64,000 bases of DNA from Opitutaceae bacterium (lineage in GTDB: Bacteria > Verrucomicrobiota > Verrucomicrobiia > Opitutales > Coraliomargaritaceae). Location: contig JBPOFY010000009.1 of assembly GCA_051252375.1 (NCBI GenBank), forward strand, positions 69,028 through 133,027, given 5' to 3'. Shown here in pieces: positions 49,113 through 58,153 of the stretch. The first letter of the stretch is position 1. Every line of letters begins with the position of its first letter. The position numbers were made by a program, and so were the translations under genes. The notes under the pieces were generated by a model that was not told the DNA's origin, made no database searches, and was given only the letters and a program-made list of their open reading frames with translations.

Positions 49113-49265
49113 AAGACCAGTCCGCGCGGCGTCTATGCAACGGGTCTGTATACACTCAAAGAATTGATGCAAGGGGATCACTAAAGTCGTGACTATACCC
49201 GTCGAAGAACATTCACAGCGGAAAAGTATGCGATTGCCCAATTACCACACGAGTTCTCAGATGCT
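49113..49265 (+). pseudogene. Decayed fragment homologous to 42025-42177 of the FAD oxidoreductase gene
   Basis: Shares AAGACCAGTCCGCG.GGCGTCTATG, ATACACTCAAAGAATTGATGC and AAGTATGCGAT. Translates as KTSPRGVY..LKELM followed by an in-frame stop. Confidence 0.85.
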
Positions 49266-49269
49266 GTCC

Positions 49270-50793
49270 TTACGGACTCAGTTGCGAGTAATTGAGCGTG
49301 TGCTCTTCCATGAACTCACCGGTTTCTCGTATGAGGCGAAAGGTGACTGTTGGCTCATCAAGCTCGGTGTTGAAAACAAACTCGCCGAAGGCAATGGTGT
49401 CGTGTCCGTTGTAGCCGAAGAGTTGTTCTTCGCAGCCTTTGATGATCCCACTTGGACCAGGGACGCCGCCGAGTGTGCCACATTCGAATTCATAGAACTT
49501 AAATCCGGAGGGGCGGGGGATGGTGAATCCGCGGGCACCATGGCGATCGCCACTGATCAGTAGGACGCCGTTGATCTGTTCATCTTCGATCAATTGAAAA
49601 ATCTCCTCGCGTGCTTCAGTGTCCCATGTGCCCCATGAGTCTTTGCCGTCGGTAACGTAGTCGCTCCACATCGTGCCGCTGGATAAAATCTTAAAGGTGG
49701 CGGTGGATTCTTTGAGGCGCTGCTTCAACCATTCTTGCTGGGTCTCGCCGAGATAGGAGGTGTATTCGCCACGTCTTTTGTTTTCACGATAGGAGCGAGT
49801 GTCCAACATGATCAGTTCAACTGGTCCAATGCGGGTGCTGAAATAGATGCCTTCGGGGCCATTTTCGCGTATCGGGTTGTTCCAGTTTTGATGCCAGACT
49901 TTGCGCACGGCCTTGCGGTCAGACTCGGTGAATCGATTGCCGATGATGCCGCTGACGTCGTTATTATAATAGTCATGGTCATCCCAAGTTGCATAGACGG
50001 GGACATGCGCTGCGAAGACGTTCCATGGTTGTGAGACATCACGCAGCAGGTAGTCGGCGCGATGCATGCTCATTAGGCGTTTGCGATCGTCGACAGTGTT
50101 GTCGCCGATGATGAGTAAGGCGAGGGGGGCGCGCTTCAGCATTTGCTGGAAGAGTAGCGGGTTGTGCACGCCGATCTTGTGAAAATCGGACCCGAAGGCA
50201 ATGCGGACGATACCTTTGTCGCGATCTCGCAGTGCGGTATTGAACGAACCCTTCGCGAGCTCTTTCTCTGATGAGCGAACCACATAGTCGTAGCAACTGT
50301 CAGGAAAGAGTCCGTCGAGTGTTATGCGTAGTTCAACGCCGGCTTGCACAGGGTCGGTACTGTATTTGTGCGTGTGCTTACTCTTACGATCTGTGACGTT
50401 GACCTGAATCGGATCATCGGTCGCAGGTCGTAGCCAAACGACAACTCCTTGCGCGGTGATGTCTCCTAGAAGTGGTCCGCCGAGTAGGTCGATTCCATTC
50501 TCATGAGCTGCCTTGAGCACTTCAGGCGAAGAGAAGTCGCAGCTTTCACAGGCTTCAAAGGCGGCGCGTCCATTCAAGTAAAACTGCCGGATGTTCTCCG
50601 GTGGTTTGCCAAAGCTATCGAGTAGGAGTGTATCAATCTCTAGGCTGCCGACATGTGCCTGTTTAAGGCTGACATCATGTTGGCGCTTACTGAGCAGGAT
50701 TTCTTTGACGGCATCACCGCAGCAATCATAGGCATGCAGACTTAAGCAGCTTGTGAAGAATGAAAAAAGTAAAGTGATGGGGTATCGTTTCAT
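49270..50793 (-). CDS. PhoD-like (alkaline phosphatase D family) metallophosphoesterase
   Basis: GPLLGD, IGDN, WDDHD..NND, LDTRSYR, LGETQQEWLK and SGDRH motifs; Sec-type signal. Confidence 0.88.
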   Translation of the reverse strand: MKRYPITLLFSFFTSCLSLHAYDCCGDAVKEILLSKRQHDVSLKQAHVGSLEIDTLLLDSFGKPPENIRQFYLNGRAAFEACESCDFSSPEVLKAAHENGIDLLGGPLLGDITAQGVVVWLRPATDDPIQVNVTDRKSKHTHKYSTDPVQAGVELRITLDGLFPDSCYDYVVRSSEKELAKGSFNTALRDRDKGIVRIAFGSDFHKIGVHNPLLFQQMLKRAPLALLIIGDNTVDDRKRLMSMHRADYLLRDVSQPWNVFAAHVPVYATWDDHDYYNNDVSGIIGNRFTESDRKAVRKVWHQNWNNPIRENGPEGIYFSTRIGPVELIMLDTRSYRENKRRGEYTSYLGETQQEWLKQRLKESTATFKILSSGTMWSDYVTDGKDSWGTWDTEAREEIFQLIEDEQINGVLLISGDRHGARGFTIPRPSGFKFYEFECGTLGGVPGPSGIIKGCEEQLFGYNGHDTIAFGEFVFNTELDEPTVTFRLIRETGEFMEEHTLNYSQLSP

Positions 50794-50849
50794 CGTAGTT
50801 TTTTGAGATTTAAAAAGTAAAGTATAGGGCAGCGCAAAATGGTTCGATA

Positions 50850-50893
50850 TAGAGCAAATACGCGATTACATGTTTTTCTCTATGTTGTAATAT
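50850..50893 (+). promoter_or_regulatory. Degenerate TCGCG-N6-CGCGA site plus -10
   Basis: TAGAGcaaataCGCGA at 50850-50865; TAATAT at 50888, the same 22 nt gap as in the perfect copies. Confidence 0.45.
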
Positions 50894-50920
50894 GTTTAGT
50901 TACTAAATAAACGAAACTCG

Positions 50921-53155
50921 ATGAATCTCACAAAGCAAAAGTATTTCTCTCTCATTCTTGGCGCCATAGTCATAGTCGCCCCTTTGTGTGCAAATTCAAA
51001 GGCATCCAGAACGAGTGCACCGAAGCCAAACATAGTCCATATACTGACCGATGATTTCGGCTGGCAAGACCCCGTGTGCTTCGATGTGGATGGTGAGACG
51101 CCTTATGAAACGCCGAACTTGGATCGGCTGGCGAAGAATGGACGCAAGTTCATGCAGGCTTATTCGCCATCACCGACCTGCGCGCCTTCACGGGCGGCCT
51201 ACATCTCCGGTCAGTATCCGGTGCACACTGGCATCTATCACGTCATGGGCGGAAAGCTGCCACGGGCGTATTCACCGGGCTTTACTCACATCAATCCATT
51301 CTATCGCTATCGCCTTCCTTTGACGGAAGGAACGATTCCGAAAGAGTTGAAAAAGGCAGGTTACACGACCGGGCATGTCGGCAAGTGGCATTTGGGAGGT
51401 CGAAGTAACGGCTATCCGTTTCCGATGGATTACGGCTTCGATATCGGCTACGTCGACGATCTCGGCAAAGGCGGCACTTATTATCCTGACCCCGACATTT
51501 GGGGGCCGCGGAAACAGCTGCGCGATCAACACAACGGCCTGGCTAAAACCATGAAGCCTGATCGTATTACTGGTTGGGCGACCGAGGACCCGGAGGATCC
51601 GTTCCAACTCGGCGAAGATAGTCGCCCCTTTGATAAGACCTTGGATGTGGCCTTGAAATGGTTGGATAAGCATCACGCTGAACCTTTCTTTCTGAATTAT
51701 TGCACCTATTATGTGCACGGTCCGATCCAGACGCGTGACCGCAAGCGCTTTAAATACTACCTCGAAAAGATGGGGCTAGATTTCCCAACCGATCCCGGAA
51801 CCATTAATAAAGGTCTCGGTGGTAAGACAGATCCGTATTATGCGACAATGGTCAATGAACTCGATTGGATGATCGGGGAAGTGATCAACTATCTGGAAGC
51901 AACGGATGACCCGCGGAATCCGGGGCATAAGCTCATCGATAACACTTACATTTTTGTCAGTTCCGACAATGGCGGGCTTGTGAATCGAAGTGGCGGAACG
52001 GTCACCGACAACTCGCCGCTTCGCGAAGGCAAACAGGATATCCATGAAGGGGGTGTCCGTATCCCGTTTCTTGTGCGTGGCCCGAATGTTCCAGAGAACT
52101 CTGTTTGTGAAACCCCGATTTCACTGATCGATCTCTATCCAACCTTTGTTGATTTAGCTGGTTTGCCAGTATCGAACAATGAGGAGTTAGACGGCTGCAA
52201 TATTAGACCGCTGCTTGAAGGTCAGGACACAGTCGCTCGCTTTGCGGACGGCACACCACGAGAGAGTATCTATTTCTATTACCCGATCGAATTGTCCTCT
52301 GGAGCTGCCATGCGCAAAGGTCCTTGGAAAGTTTATCGCAATCTTAGCCCAGGTAATAACAAGAGTCCGGTGGTCGAGTTATTCAAGCTCTACAACGACG
52401 ACGGTTCCATGGCAGATGTCGGCGAAAGCAATAACCTTGCAGAGTCGATGCCTGAATTAACTAATCAGCTGTTGGGTGAACTTGATGCATTCCTCGGTGA
52501 GGCGAATGTAAGCTATCCGTATAAGAACCCAACTATCAAGAATCACGCTGGGCACGAACAAGTTCCTGCCGTGGTGTCACGTGGTGACGACAAAGACCGC
52601 ATTTGGGTCGAAGTCGAAACAGGTGCAGATAAATCGAAAATCGTTGAAGCCAAACTTCTCTACACGGTCAATGGTGGTGAGTTCGAACTCTCACGTGGTC
52701 GCCGCGAAATGTGGTTTGAGGTGCCGACAACGATCAAGGACGGGCGTATCGAAGGCACCGTCCCTCCAGGCGCGTCACATGCCGTTTTCTGTATGACAGA
52801 CAGCGAAGGTTTCCTCGTGATGTCTGAAGAGCTGCCGTCTTATAAAGATGTGTCATCAGGCAATTCGGATTCTTCCTACGTCCAGCATGCTTATCCGTTT
52901 CGTCCGGGGCTCTATGCATTGATTCAGTTGGGCAAAGAAGCCTCCGTCGCCTTGAAGCAAATGAGTCAGTCTGAAGCACAACTATCTAAAGCCTTAGCAA
53001 AAGCGGAGGCGCTCTATGCCGCAGGCGAGGGGACGGATGATCAATACTACTCAACCATTCGTGGTTTGAGAAACTCCATCCGCGACTTGAAAGGCGTGAT
53101 TCCTCAAGCAGATAATTATTATCTAAACCTATTTCGTCAGAGCGACGCATTTTAA
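50921..53155 (+). CDS. Sulfatase (S1) with about 200 aa C-terminal extension
   Basis: DDFGW, CAPSR, GKWH, VHGP, SDNGG, EGGVRIP and DLYPT motifs. Confidence 0.93.
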   Translation: MNLTKQKYFSLILGAIVIVAPLCANSKASRTSAPKPNIVHILTDDFGWQDPVCFDVDGETPYETPNLDRLAKNGRKFMQAYSPSPTCAPSRAAYISGQYPVHTGIYHVMGGKLPRAYSPGFTHINPFYRYRLPLTEGTIPKELKKAGYTTGHVGKWHLGGRSNGYPFPMDYGFDIGYVDDLGKGGTYYPDPDIWGPRKQLRDQHNGLAKTMKPDRITGWATEDPEDPFQLGEDSRPFDKTLDVALKWLDKHHAEPFFLNYCTYYVHGPIQTRDRKRFKYYLEKMGLDFPTDPGTINKGLGGKTDPYYATMVNELDWMIGEVINYLEATDDPRNPGHKLIDNTYIFVSSDNGGLVNRSGGTVTDNSPLREGKQDIHEGGVRIPFLVRGPNVPENSVCETPISLIDLYPTFVDLAGLPVSNNEELDGCNIRPLLEGQDTVARFADGTPRESIYFYYPIELSSGAAMRKGPWKVYRNLSPGNNKSPVVELFKLYNDDGSMADVGESNNLAESMPELTNQLLGELDAFLGEANVSYPYKNPTIKNHAGHEQVPAVVSRGDDKDRIWVEVETGADKSKIVEAKLLYTVNGGEFELSRGRREMWFEVPTTIKDGRIEGTVPPGASHAVFCMTDSEGFLVMSEELPSYKDVSSGNSDSSYVQHAYPFRPGLYALIQLGKEASVALKQMSQSEAQLSKALAKAEALYAAGEGTDDQYYSTIRGLRNSIRDLKGVIPQADNYYLNLFRQSDAF

Positions 53156-53180
53156 ATCGAAATCAAAAAACTAGAAATAC

Positions 53181-55145
53181 ATGAACACCTATAATCATAG
53201 AAACCGTATCGCTAAGATGCTGAGCACGCTCCTCTTCGCGACATTGGCACTCAGCCCAGTTGCCCAAGGGCAAAGCGATTCAAAACCTAAAGCCGCTGGC
53301 GAGCTTCGCAATATCCCTGAGCGCGAAACGGAATTTATGGATTGGGGGCTGGGACTGTTTGTGCACTGGGCACATGATTCTCAGCTTGGTTCGGTCATCA
53401 GTCACCATATGGATATGGCTTCTGACAAGCACTTGGATCGTATGATCAATGAACTACCAAAGACCTTCAACCCGAAGAACTACGATCCAGATGAATGGAT
53501 GCAACTCGCGAAGTTGGCAGGCGTTAAATACATGGTGCTGACTACGAAGCACCACAGTGGCTTTTGTTTATGGGATTCTGAGGTAACTGATTTCGATATC
53601 GCGAACACGCCATACAAGAAGGATATTGTTAAAGAATTTGTCGATGCGTGCCGCCGTTACGACATTAAGGTTGGATTCTATTACTCGCCAGAAGACTTTG
53701 CCTTCAACTACCGAGAAGGCTATCCGGCTCGTGGTGGCAAAATGCCAAAAGAGAAGTTCAATGAGCTTGTTGATTTCACTAAAGTGCAGATTAAGGAATT
53801 GTTGACGAACTATGGTCCGATCGATGTGCTGTTTCTTGATGGAGGGCATAAAACAGAGCTTGCGCAATACTGCCATGAAATTGACCCGAATGTCATTGTG
53901 ACGCGCGGTGAGATGGTGACACCAGAGCAACGTTTGCCCAAGGATCCGATTCCGGGACCATGGGAGACTTGCTTCACACTTGGTAACCAATGGCAATACA
54001 AGCCGACCAATGATAATTTCAAGTCAGGCACGAAACTCATCAATATGCTTGTCGAAACACGCGCTAAAGGCGGCAACTTGTTAATCAATGTAGGACCAAA
54101 GCCCGATGGTATCATTCCGATCGAACAGGAAGAACGCTTCCGCGAACTTGCGCTATGGATGTTTGTGAATGATGAGGCGATTCATGATGTTCGAGCTTGT
54201 GTGGTCGCGGGTTCAAAGGATGCGGCATATTATACTCAGTCTAAAGATGGCAAATATACGTATGCGATCGTAACCAAGTTCACCGAGGACGAACCATCGC
54301 CTAATAACAAAATATGGGGGCGTGGTTCACGCAAAGAGTTTTTGCTACCTGAACTTATCGCCAATGAAAACACAACGGTGCAAGTCTTAGGGCAAGATCA
54401 TCGCTCCGAGCGATACAGTGATCGTATTGATCTTGCGATCAACTTCGAGAACACCGCCGATGGCCTGCTGATGGATGTCATCCGTCAACAACGACTCTAC
54501 AACTGGCGTAATTGGCCCAATGCAGTCGTGCTTCGTTTTGAGAATGTAGATTTCGTTCAGCCAGAGGAAACCGCTGCAGTGGAAACTGCCGGAAAAGAAT
54601 ATACTTCGGAGTCGGGCATCACTTGGACAAGCAGCGCTGCTAAAACTAAAGGTGGCACCTTGTCGTCCGGATTGTTCGATAAGACCGGCACTCTGGTCTA
54701 TGCTGAAAATACAGGAGGACCCAAGTTGACTTTTGATGGTATCGATTTCCGCGCTGCAACGACTGCATCCACAACTGTGCTCGGCGTGAGCGGTCCTGTA
54801 TATGACCAATATGCTGAAGGCGCGCAGATCATCAGCTCAGGTATGTATCCATCTCCTGCTGAAGTAACTGCCGAATTGAGGAGTCTCAACATCGGCAGCA
54901 CGTATCGTGTGCAAGCTTTGTTTTATGACCAGCGTCCAAACCAAAAAGGGCAACACGTATTTGTTGAAGGTGTAGATGTGGGCTGCTATGCCAATGGACC
55001 CGGCGGCAATGGGTTACTTGTGACCGGCACCTTTGTTGCGACTGCAGATACACAATCCTTCAAACTCGAGCGCACGGCTAATGATGGCTCAACGCTGGAT
55101 AAGCAAGTTCAGCTCAACGCTTTGGTGGTGCATCAACTTCCGTAG
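53181..55145 (+). CDS. Alpha-L-fucosidase, GH29, with extra C-terminal domain
   Basis: GLFVHW, TTKHHSGF, LFLDG, WETC and GNLLINVGP motifs; close paralog of 26765..28108. Confidence 0.92.
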   Translation: MNTYNHRNRIAKMLSTLLFATLALSPVAQGQSDSKPKAAGELRNIPERETEFMDWGLGLFVHWAHDSQLGSVISHHMDMASDKHLDRMINELPKTFNPKNYDPDEWMQLAKLAGVKYMVLTTKHHSGFCLWDSEVTDFDIANTPYKKDIVKEFVDACRRYDIKVGFYYSPEDFAFNYREGYPARGGKMPKEKFNELVDFTKVQIKELLTNYGPIDVLFLDGGHKTELAQYCHEIDPNVIVTRGEMVTPEQRLPKDPIPGPWETCFTLGNQWQYKPTNDNFKSGTKLINMLVETRAKGGNLLINVGPKPDGIIPIEQEERFRELALWMFVNDEAIHDVRACVVAGSKDAAYYTQSKDGKYTYAIVTKFTEDEPSPNNKIWGRGSRKEFLLPELIANENTTVQVLGQDHRSERYSDRIDLAINFENTADGLLMDVIRQQRLYNWRNWPNAVVLRFENVDFVQPEETAAVETAGKEYTSESGITWTSSAAKTKGGTLSSGLFDKTGTLVYAENTGGPKLTFDGIDFRAATTASTTVLGVSGPVYDQYAEGAQIISSGMYPSPAEVTAELRSLNIGSTYRVQALFYDQRPNQKGQHVFVEGVDVGCYANGPGGNGLLVTGTFVATADTQSFKLERTANDGSTLDKQVQLNALVVHQLP

Positions 55146-55227
55146 GTGCTGCGATTCCGTTCTCGGTAGGTTCGGACGAGCCTTCCTTAAATGAACAGGT
55201 CGAGTTTGCATATTCAGGAGAATTGAA

Positions 55228-58017
55228 ATGAAAATTATACGAGAATCAGAAGAGACAATATCAGGAAAGAGTAGCGGTCGCCGTGACTTCATTAAAGCCG
55301 GCAGTTTGACAACCGCTGCTCTACTCGCGATTCGTTTCCCCGTTATGGCTGGACCATTCTCGAAAGAAGATCTGGCGAATCATTTGATTCCTGCCGACAA
55401 GAAATTAACTAAGCAGTGGCTGACCGCTCTGACGAAACGAGGAGAGGGTGAAGTGTTCTCTGGGGACGAGCTCAAGTATATCGGTATGCCAGTCGGAGGG
55501 ATCGGTTGCGGACAACTCTATCTAGCTGGTGATGGACGTCTTTGGTTGTGGGATATTTTCAAGTCGAATTACACTCGCGAAAAGCACGACATGCAAATGA
55601 AGGCGATGACGATGGGTGGACACTATCCGCACCCGATCGCTGTCGGTGAAGAGTATTGCCATCAAAATGGTGCGGATGTCGAACAGGGCTTTGCGATCCG
55701 TGTCACATCGGGTGGTAAATCACTTGTGCGCACGCTAGATAAGGATGGCTTTCCGAAGGTGAGCTTTCGTGGCGAATATCCAGTTGGCCGTGTGACTTAC
55801 GAAGACGCGGTTTTTCCTGCAAAGGTGACATTGGAGGCTTTCAGCCCATTCATTCCTCTCAACACAAAGGACTCCGCGTTACCGGTTACCGTAATGCGCT
55901 ATACCGTGAAGAATAGCTCGGATGGTGCCTTAAAGATCGATCTGGGTGGCTGGTTACAGAATGCAGTTTGTCCTTATACTGAGGATGCATCACTCGGCAA
56001 ACGCAGCAACCAGTTGGAGCAGGGCAAGGGACGCACTTTCATCCTTAGCACGGTCGACGGCTCCGAGGAAATCACTAAAGAACACGGGTATGGTTCCAGT
56101 GCGCTGACGATTCTCGCTGACGAGGACATTCATGTCAGCGGCGCGGCTTCATTGAGTCGGTCAGATGATGCGAAACAACTTTTTGCTGATCTCGATAACG
56201 CCACTGAAGGTTCAGTTACAAAGTCACTCGATGAATTACTCGTCGGTGGTTTGTGTGCCTCCATCGAACTGCAACCCGGTGAATCGAAGGTCATCACTTG
56301 CTTGATTTCTTGGTATTTCCCATTCCATCAGAAAGCGGATGTCGGTGTCGGCAAGTTGTTTGGTCACCGCCACTACTTGCCCTGGTTCCAATCCTCTGGA
56401 GAAGTGGCTGACTATGTCTCGAAAAAGCGCGCGTCGTTGATCGATGGCACATTGCTTTGGAACAAGACTTGGTATGACAGCACGCTGCCACATTGGTTAC
56501 TCGATCGCAGCATCATCTCGCTAGACTGCGTGGCCACCCAGACTTTCCACTGGTTTGACAACGGTCGCCCTTGGGCATGGGAAGGCGTGGATTGCTGTGA
56601 GGGCACTTGCACACATGTCTTTCACTACGCGCAGGCAATGAGTCGCATTTTCCCTGAACTGGAGCGAAGTCTTAGGGAACAGGTAGACTACGGTGTAGCC
56701 TTCAATGAAGAAAATGGCGCCATTGGTTATCGTGGCATACCTAAACAGAAAGCGGCGGATGATGGTCAAGCAGGCACGATCCTTCGTGTATATCGCGAGC
56801 ATCAGATGTCGCCCGATGATGCCTTCCTTCAACGCCTCTGGCCTCGGGTGAAGCAATCGATCGAATATTTGATGGCTAAGGACCCCGATGAGGATGGTCT
56901 TTTAACCGGATCGCAACCGCATACTTTGGATGCCGCGTGGACGGGGAAGATTGCATGGATCAGTAGCATGTATCTCGGCGCTTTGGCTGCAGGTGAGGCC
57001 ATGGCGACGGATGTCGGCGATGGCGTGTTCGCTAAAAAATGCCGCACCATTCTAGACCGCGGTTATAAGAGCATCGTGCGCGATCTATTTGATGGCGAAT
57101 ACTTCATCCACAAACCAGACGGAGTGGATGGAAAAGGCTTTAACACCAATATTGGTTGTCACATAGATCAGGTGCTTGGGCAGGCTTGGATGCACCAAGT
57201 GGGGCTTGGACGCATCATTCCGAAAAAGGAAACCGTTTCGGCGCTCAACAGTTTGTGGAAATACAACTTTGCTCCGGATGCGGGAGGCTATGCCATCAAG
57301 CACCGCGAAATCGAAGAAGCCTTTCGTTGGTATGCGATGGAGGGTGAGGCAGGTCTGTTGATGACGACTTGGCCTAAGGGAGGCGCGAAAGACGCCATTC
57401 CTGGCGACACACTACGCAGCATAGAGAACCCGACGGTTTGGACAGGTCCGGGTGGTTATTTCAACGAGTGCATGAACGGCTTCGAATATCAAGTTGCTTG
57501 GCATATGGTCGCCGAAGGTGAACCTGACAGCCCGCTAGTTGAAAAGGGACTCGCAATCATGAAAGCCGTGCACGACCGCTATGCGGCGCACAAGCGCAAT
57601 CCCTACAATGAGGTCGAGTGCTCCGATCACTACGCTCGCTCAATGGCGTCCTACGGAATCTTTCTAACAGCCTGCGGCTTTACCTATCACGGTCCGAAGG
57701 GAGCGATTGGCTTTGCGCCTAAGATCAAGCCTGAGAACTTCAAGGCTCCCTTCACTGCAGCGGAAGGTTGGGGGACTTACAGTCAGCAGTTGAGCGATAG
57801 TTCGATGGTTGCACAAGTTGCGCTGAAATGGGGTAGTCTTTCTCTAAAGACGCTGCAGTTGGACCCGCAAGGTTTCAGCCCTACGCAGGTTGAAGTGATG
57901 CATCAAGGGCAGCCTATCGCAGCCGAACTGAAACGAGCCAATGATCAACTTGTTGTCGAGCTAGCTCAAGTAGTTAAGCTGACGGAAGGAACTCGTATTG
58001 ATTTAGCGCTCAGCTGA
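55228..58017 (+). CDS. GH116-family glycoside hydrolase, Tat-exported
   Basis: GRRDFIK Tat motif; GMPVGGIGCG, AFSPFIP, WEG..CCEGTCTHV, HTLD and NPYNEVECSDHYARSMAS motifs. Confidence 0.88.
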   Translation: MKIIRESEETISGKSSGRRDFIKAGSLTTAALLAIRFPVMAGPFSKEDLANHLIPADKKLTKQWLTALTKRGEGEVFSGDELKYIGMPVGGIGCGQLYLAGDGRLWLWDIFKSNYTREKHDMQMKAMTMGGHYPHPIAVGEEYCHQNGADVEQGFAIRVTSGGKSLVRTLDKDGFPKVSFRGEYPVGRVTYEDAVFPAKVTLEAFSPFIPLNTKDSALPVTVMRYTVKNSSDGALKIDLGGWLQNAVCPYTEDASLGKRSNQLEQGKGRTFILSTVDGSEEITKEHGYGSSALTILADEDIHVSGAASLSRSDDAKQLFADLDNATEGSVTKSLDELLVGGLCASIELQPGESKVITCLISWYFPFHQKADVGVGKLFGHRHYLPWFQSSGEVADYVSKKRASLIDGTLLWNKTWYDSTLPHWLLDRSIISLDCVATQTFHWFDNGRPWAWEGVDCCEGTCTHVFHYAQAMSRIFPELERSLREQVDYGVAFNEENGAIGYRGIPKQKAADDGQAGTILRVYREHQMSPDDAFLQRLWPRVKQSIEYLMAKDPDEDGLLTGSQPHTLDAAWTGKIAWISSMYLGALAAGEAMATDVGDGVFAKKCRTILDRGYKSIVRDLFDGEYFIHKPDGVDGKGFNTNIGCHIDQVLGQAWMHQVGLGRIIPKKETVSALNSLWKYNFAPDAGGYAIKHREIEEAFRWYAMEGEAGLLMTTWPKGGAKDAIPGDTLRSIENPTVWTGPGGYFNECMNGFEYQVAWHMVAEGEPDSPLVEKGLAIMKAVHDRYAAHKRNPYNEVECSDHYARSMASYGIFLTACGFTYHGPKGAIGFAPKIKPENFKAPFTAAEGWGTYSQQLSDSSMVAQVALKWGSLSLKTLQLDPQGFSPTQVEVMHQGQPIAAELKRANDQLVVELAQVVKLTEGTRIDLALS

Positions 58018-58044
58018 ATAGAATGCTTGTTCACAAGAAGATGC

Positions 58045-58076
58045 ATCAGTAAATGATGAGCATTTACGGTGTTTTA
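58045..58076 (+). terminator. Possible intrinsic terminator after GH116
   Basis: GTAAATG/CATTTAC stem, extendable by CATC/GGTG, followed by TTTT. Confidence 0.4.
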
Positions 58077-58096
58077 CTAGCAAAGAATACTAGAAA

Positions 58097-58141
58097 TCGT
58101 GTTTATACGCGGTATTCAGTATGCTGTTTTCATGCCATACT
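58097..58141 (+). promoter_or_regulatory. Degenerate TCGCG-N6-CGCGA site plus extended -10
   Basis: TCGTGtttataCGCGG at 58097-58112; TGc-CATACT with the hexamer at 58136 (23 nt gap). Confidence 0.45.
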
Positions 58142-58153
58142 GTTAGTTGTAAT

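Noticed and set aside
48763..49241. Short ORFs in the gap between the kinase cassette and PhoD
   Set aside because: No motifs, mutually overlapping, and partly explained by the oxidoreductase remnant.
55164..55185. GTAG-containing hairpin between GH29 and GH116
   Set aside because: Single imperfect copy unrelated to the REP consensus; function not supportable.
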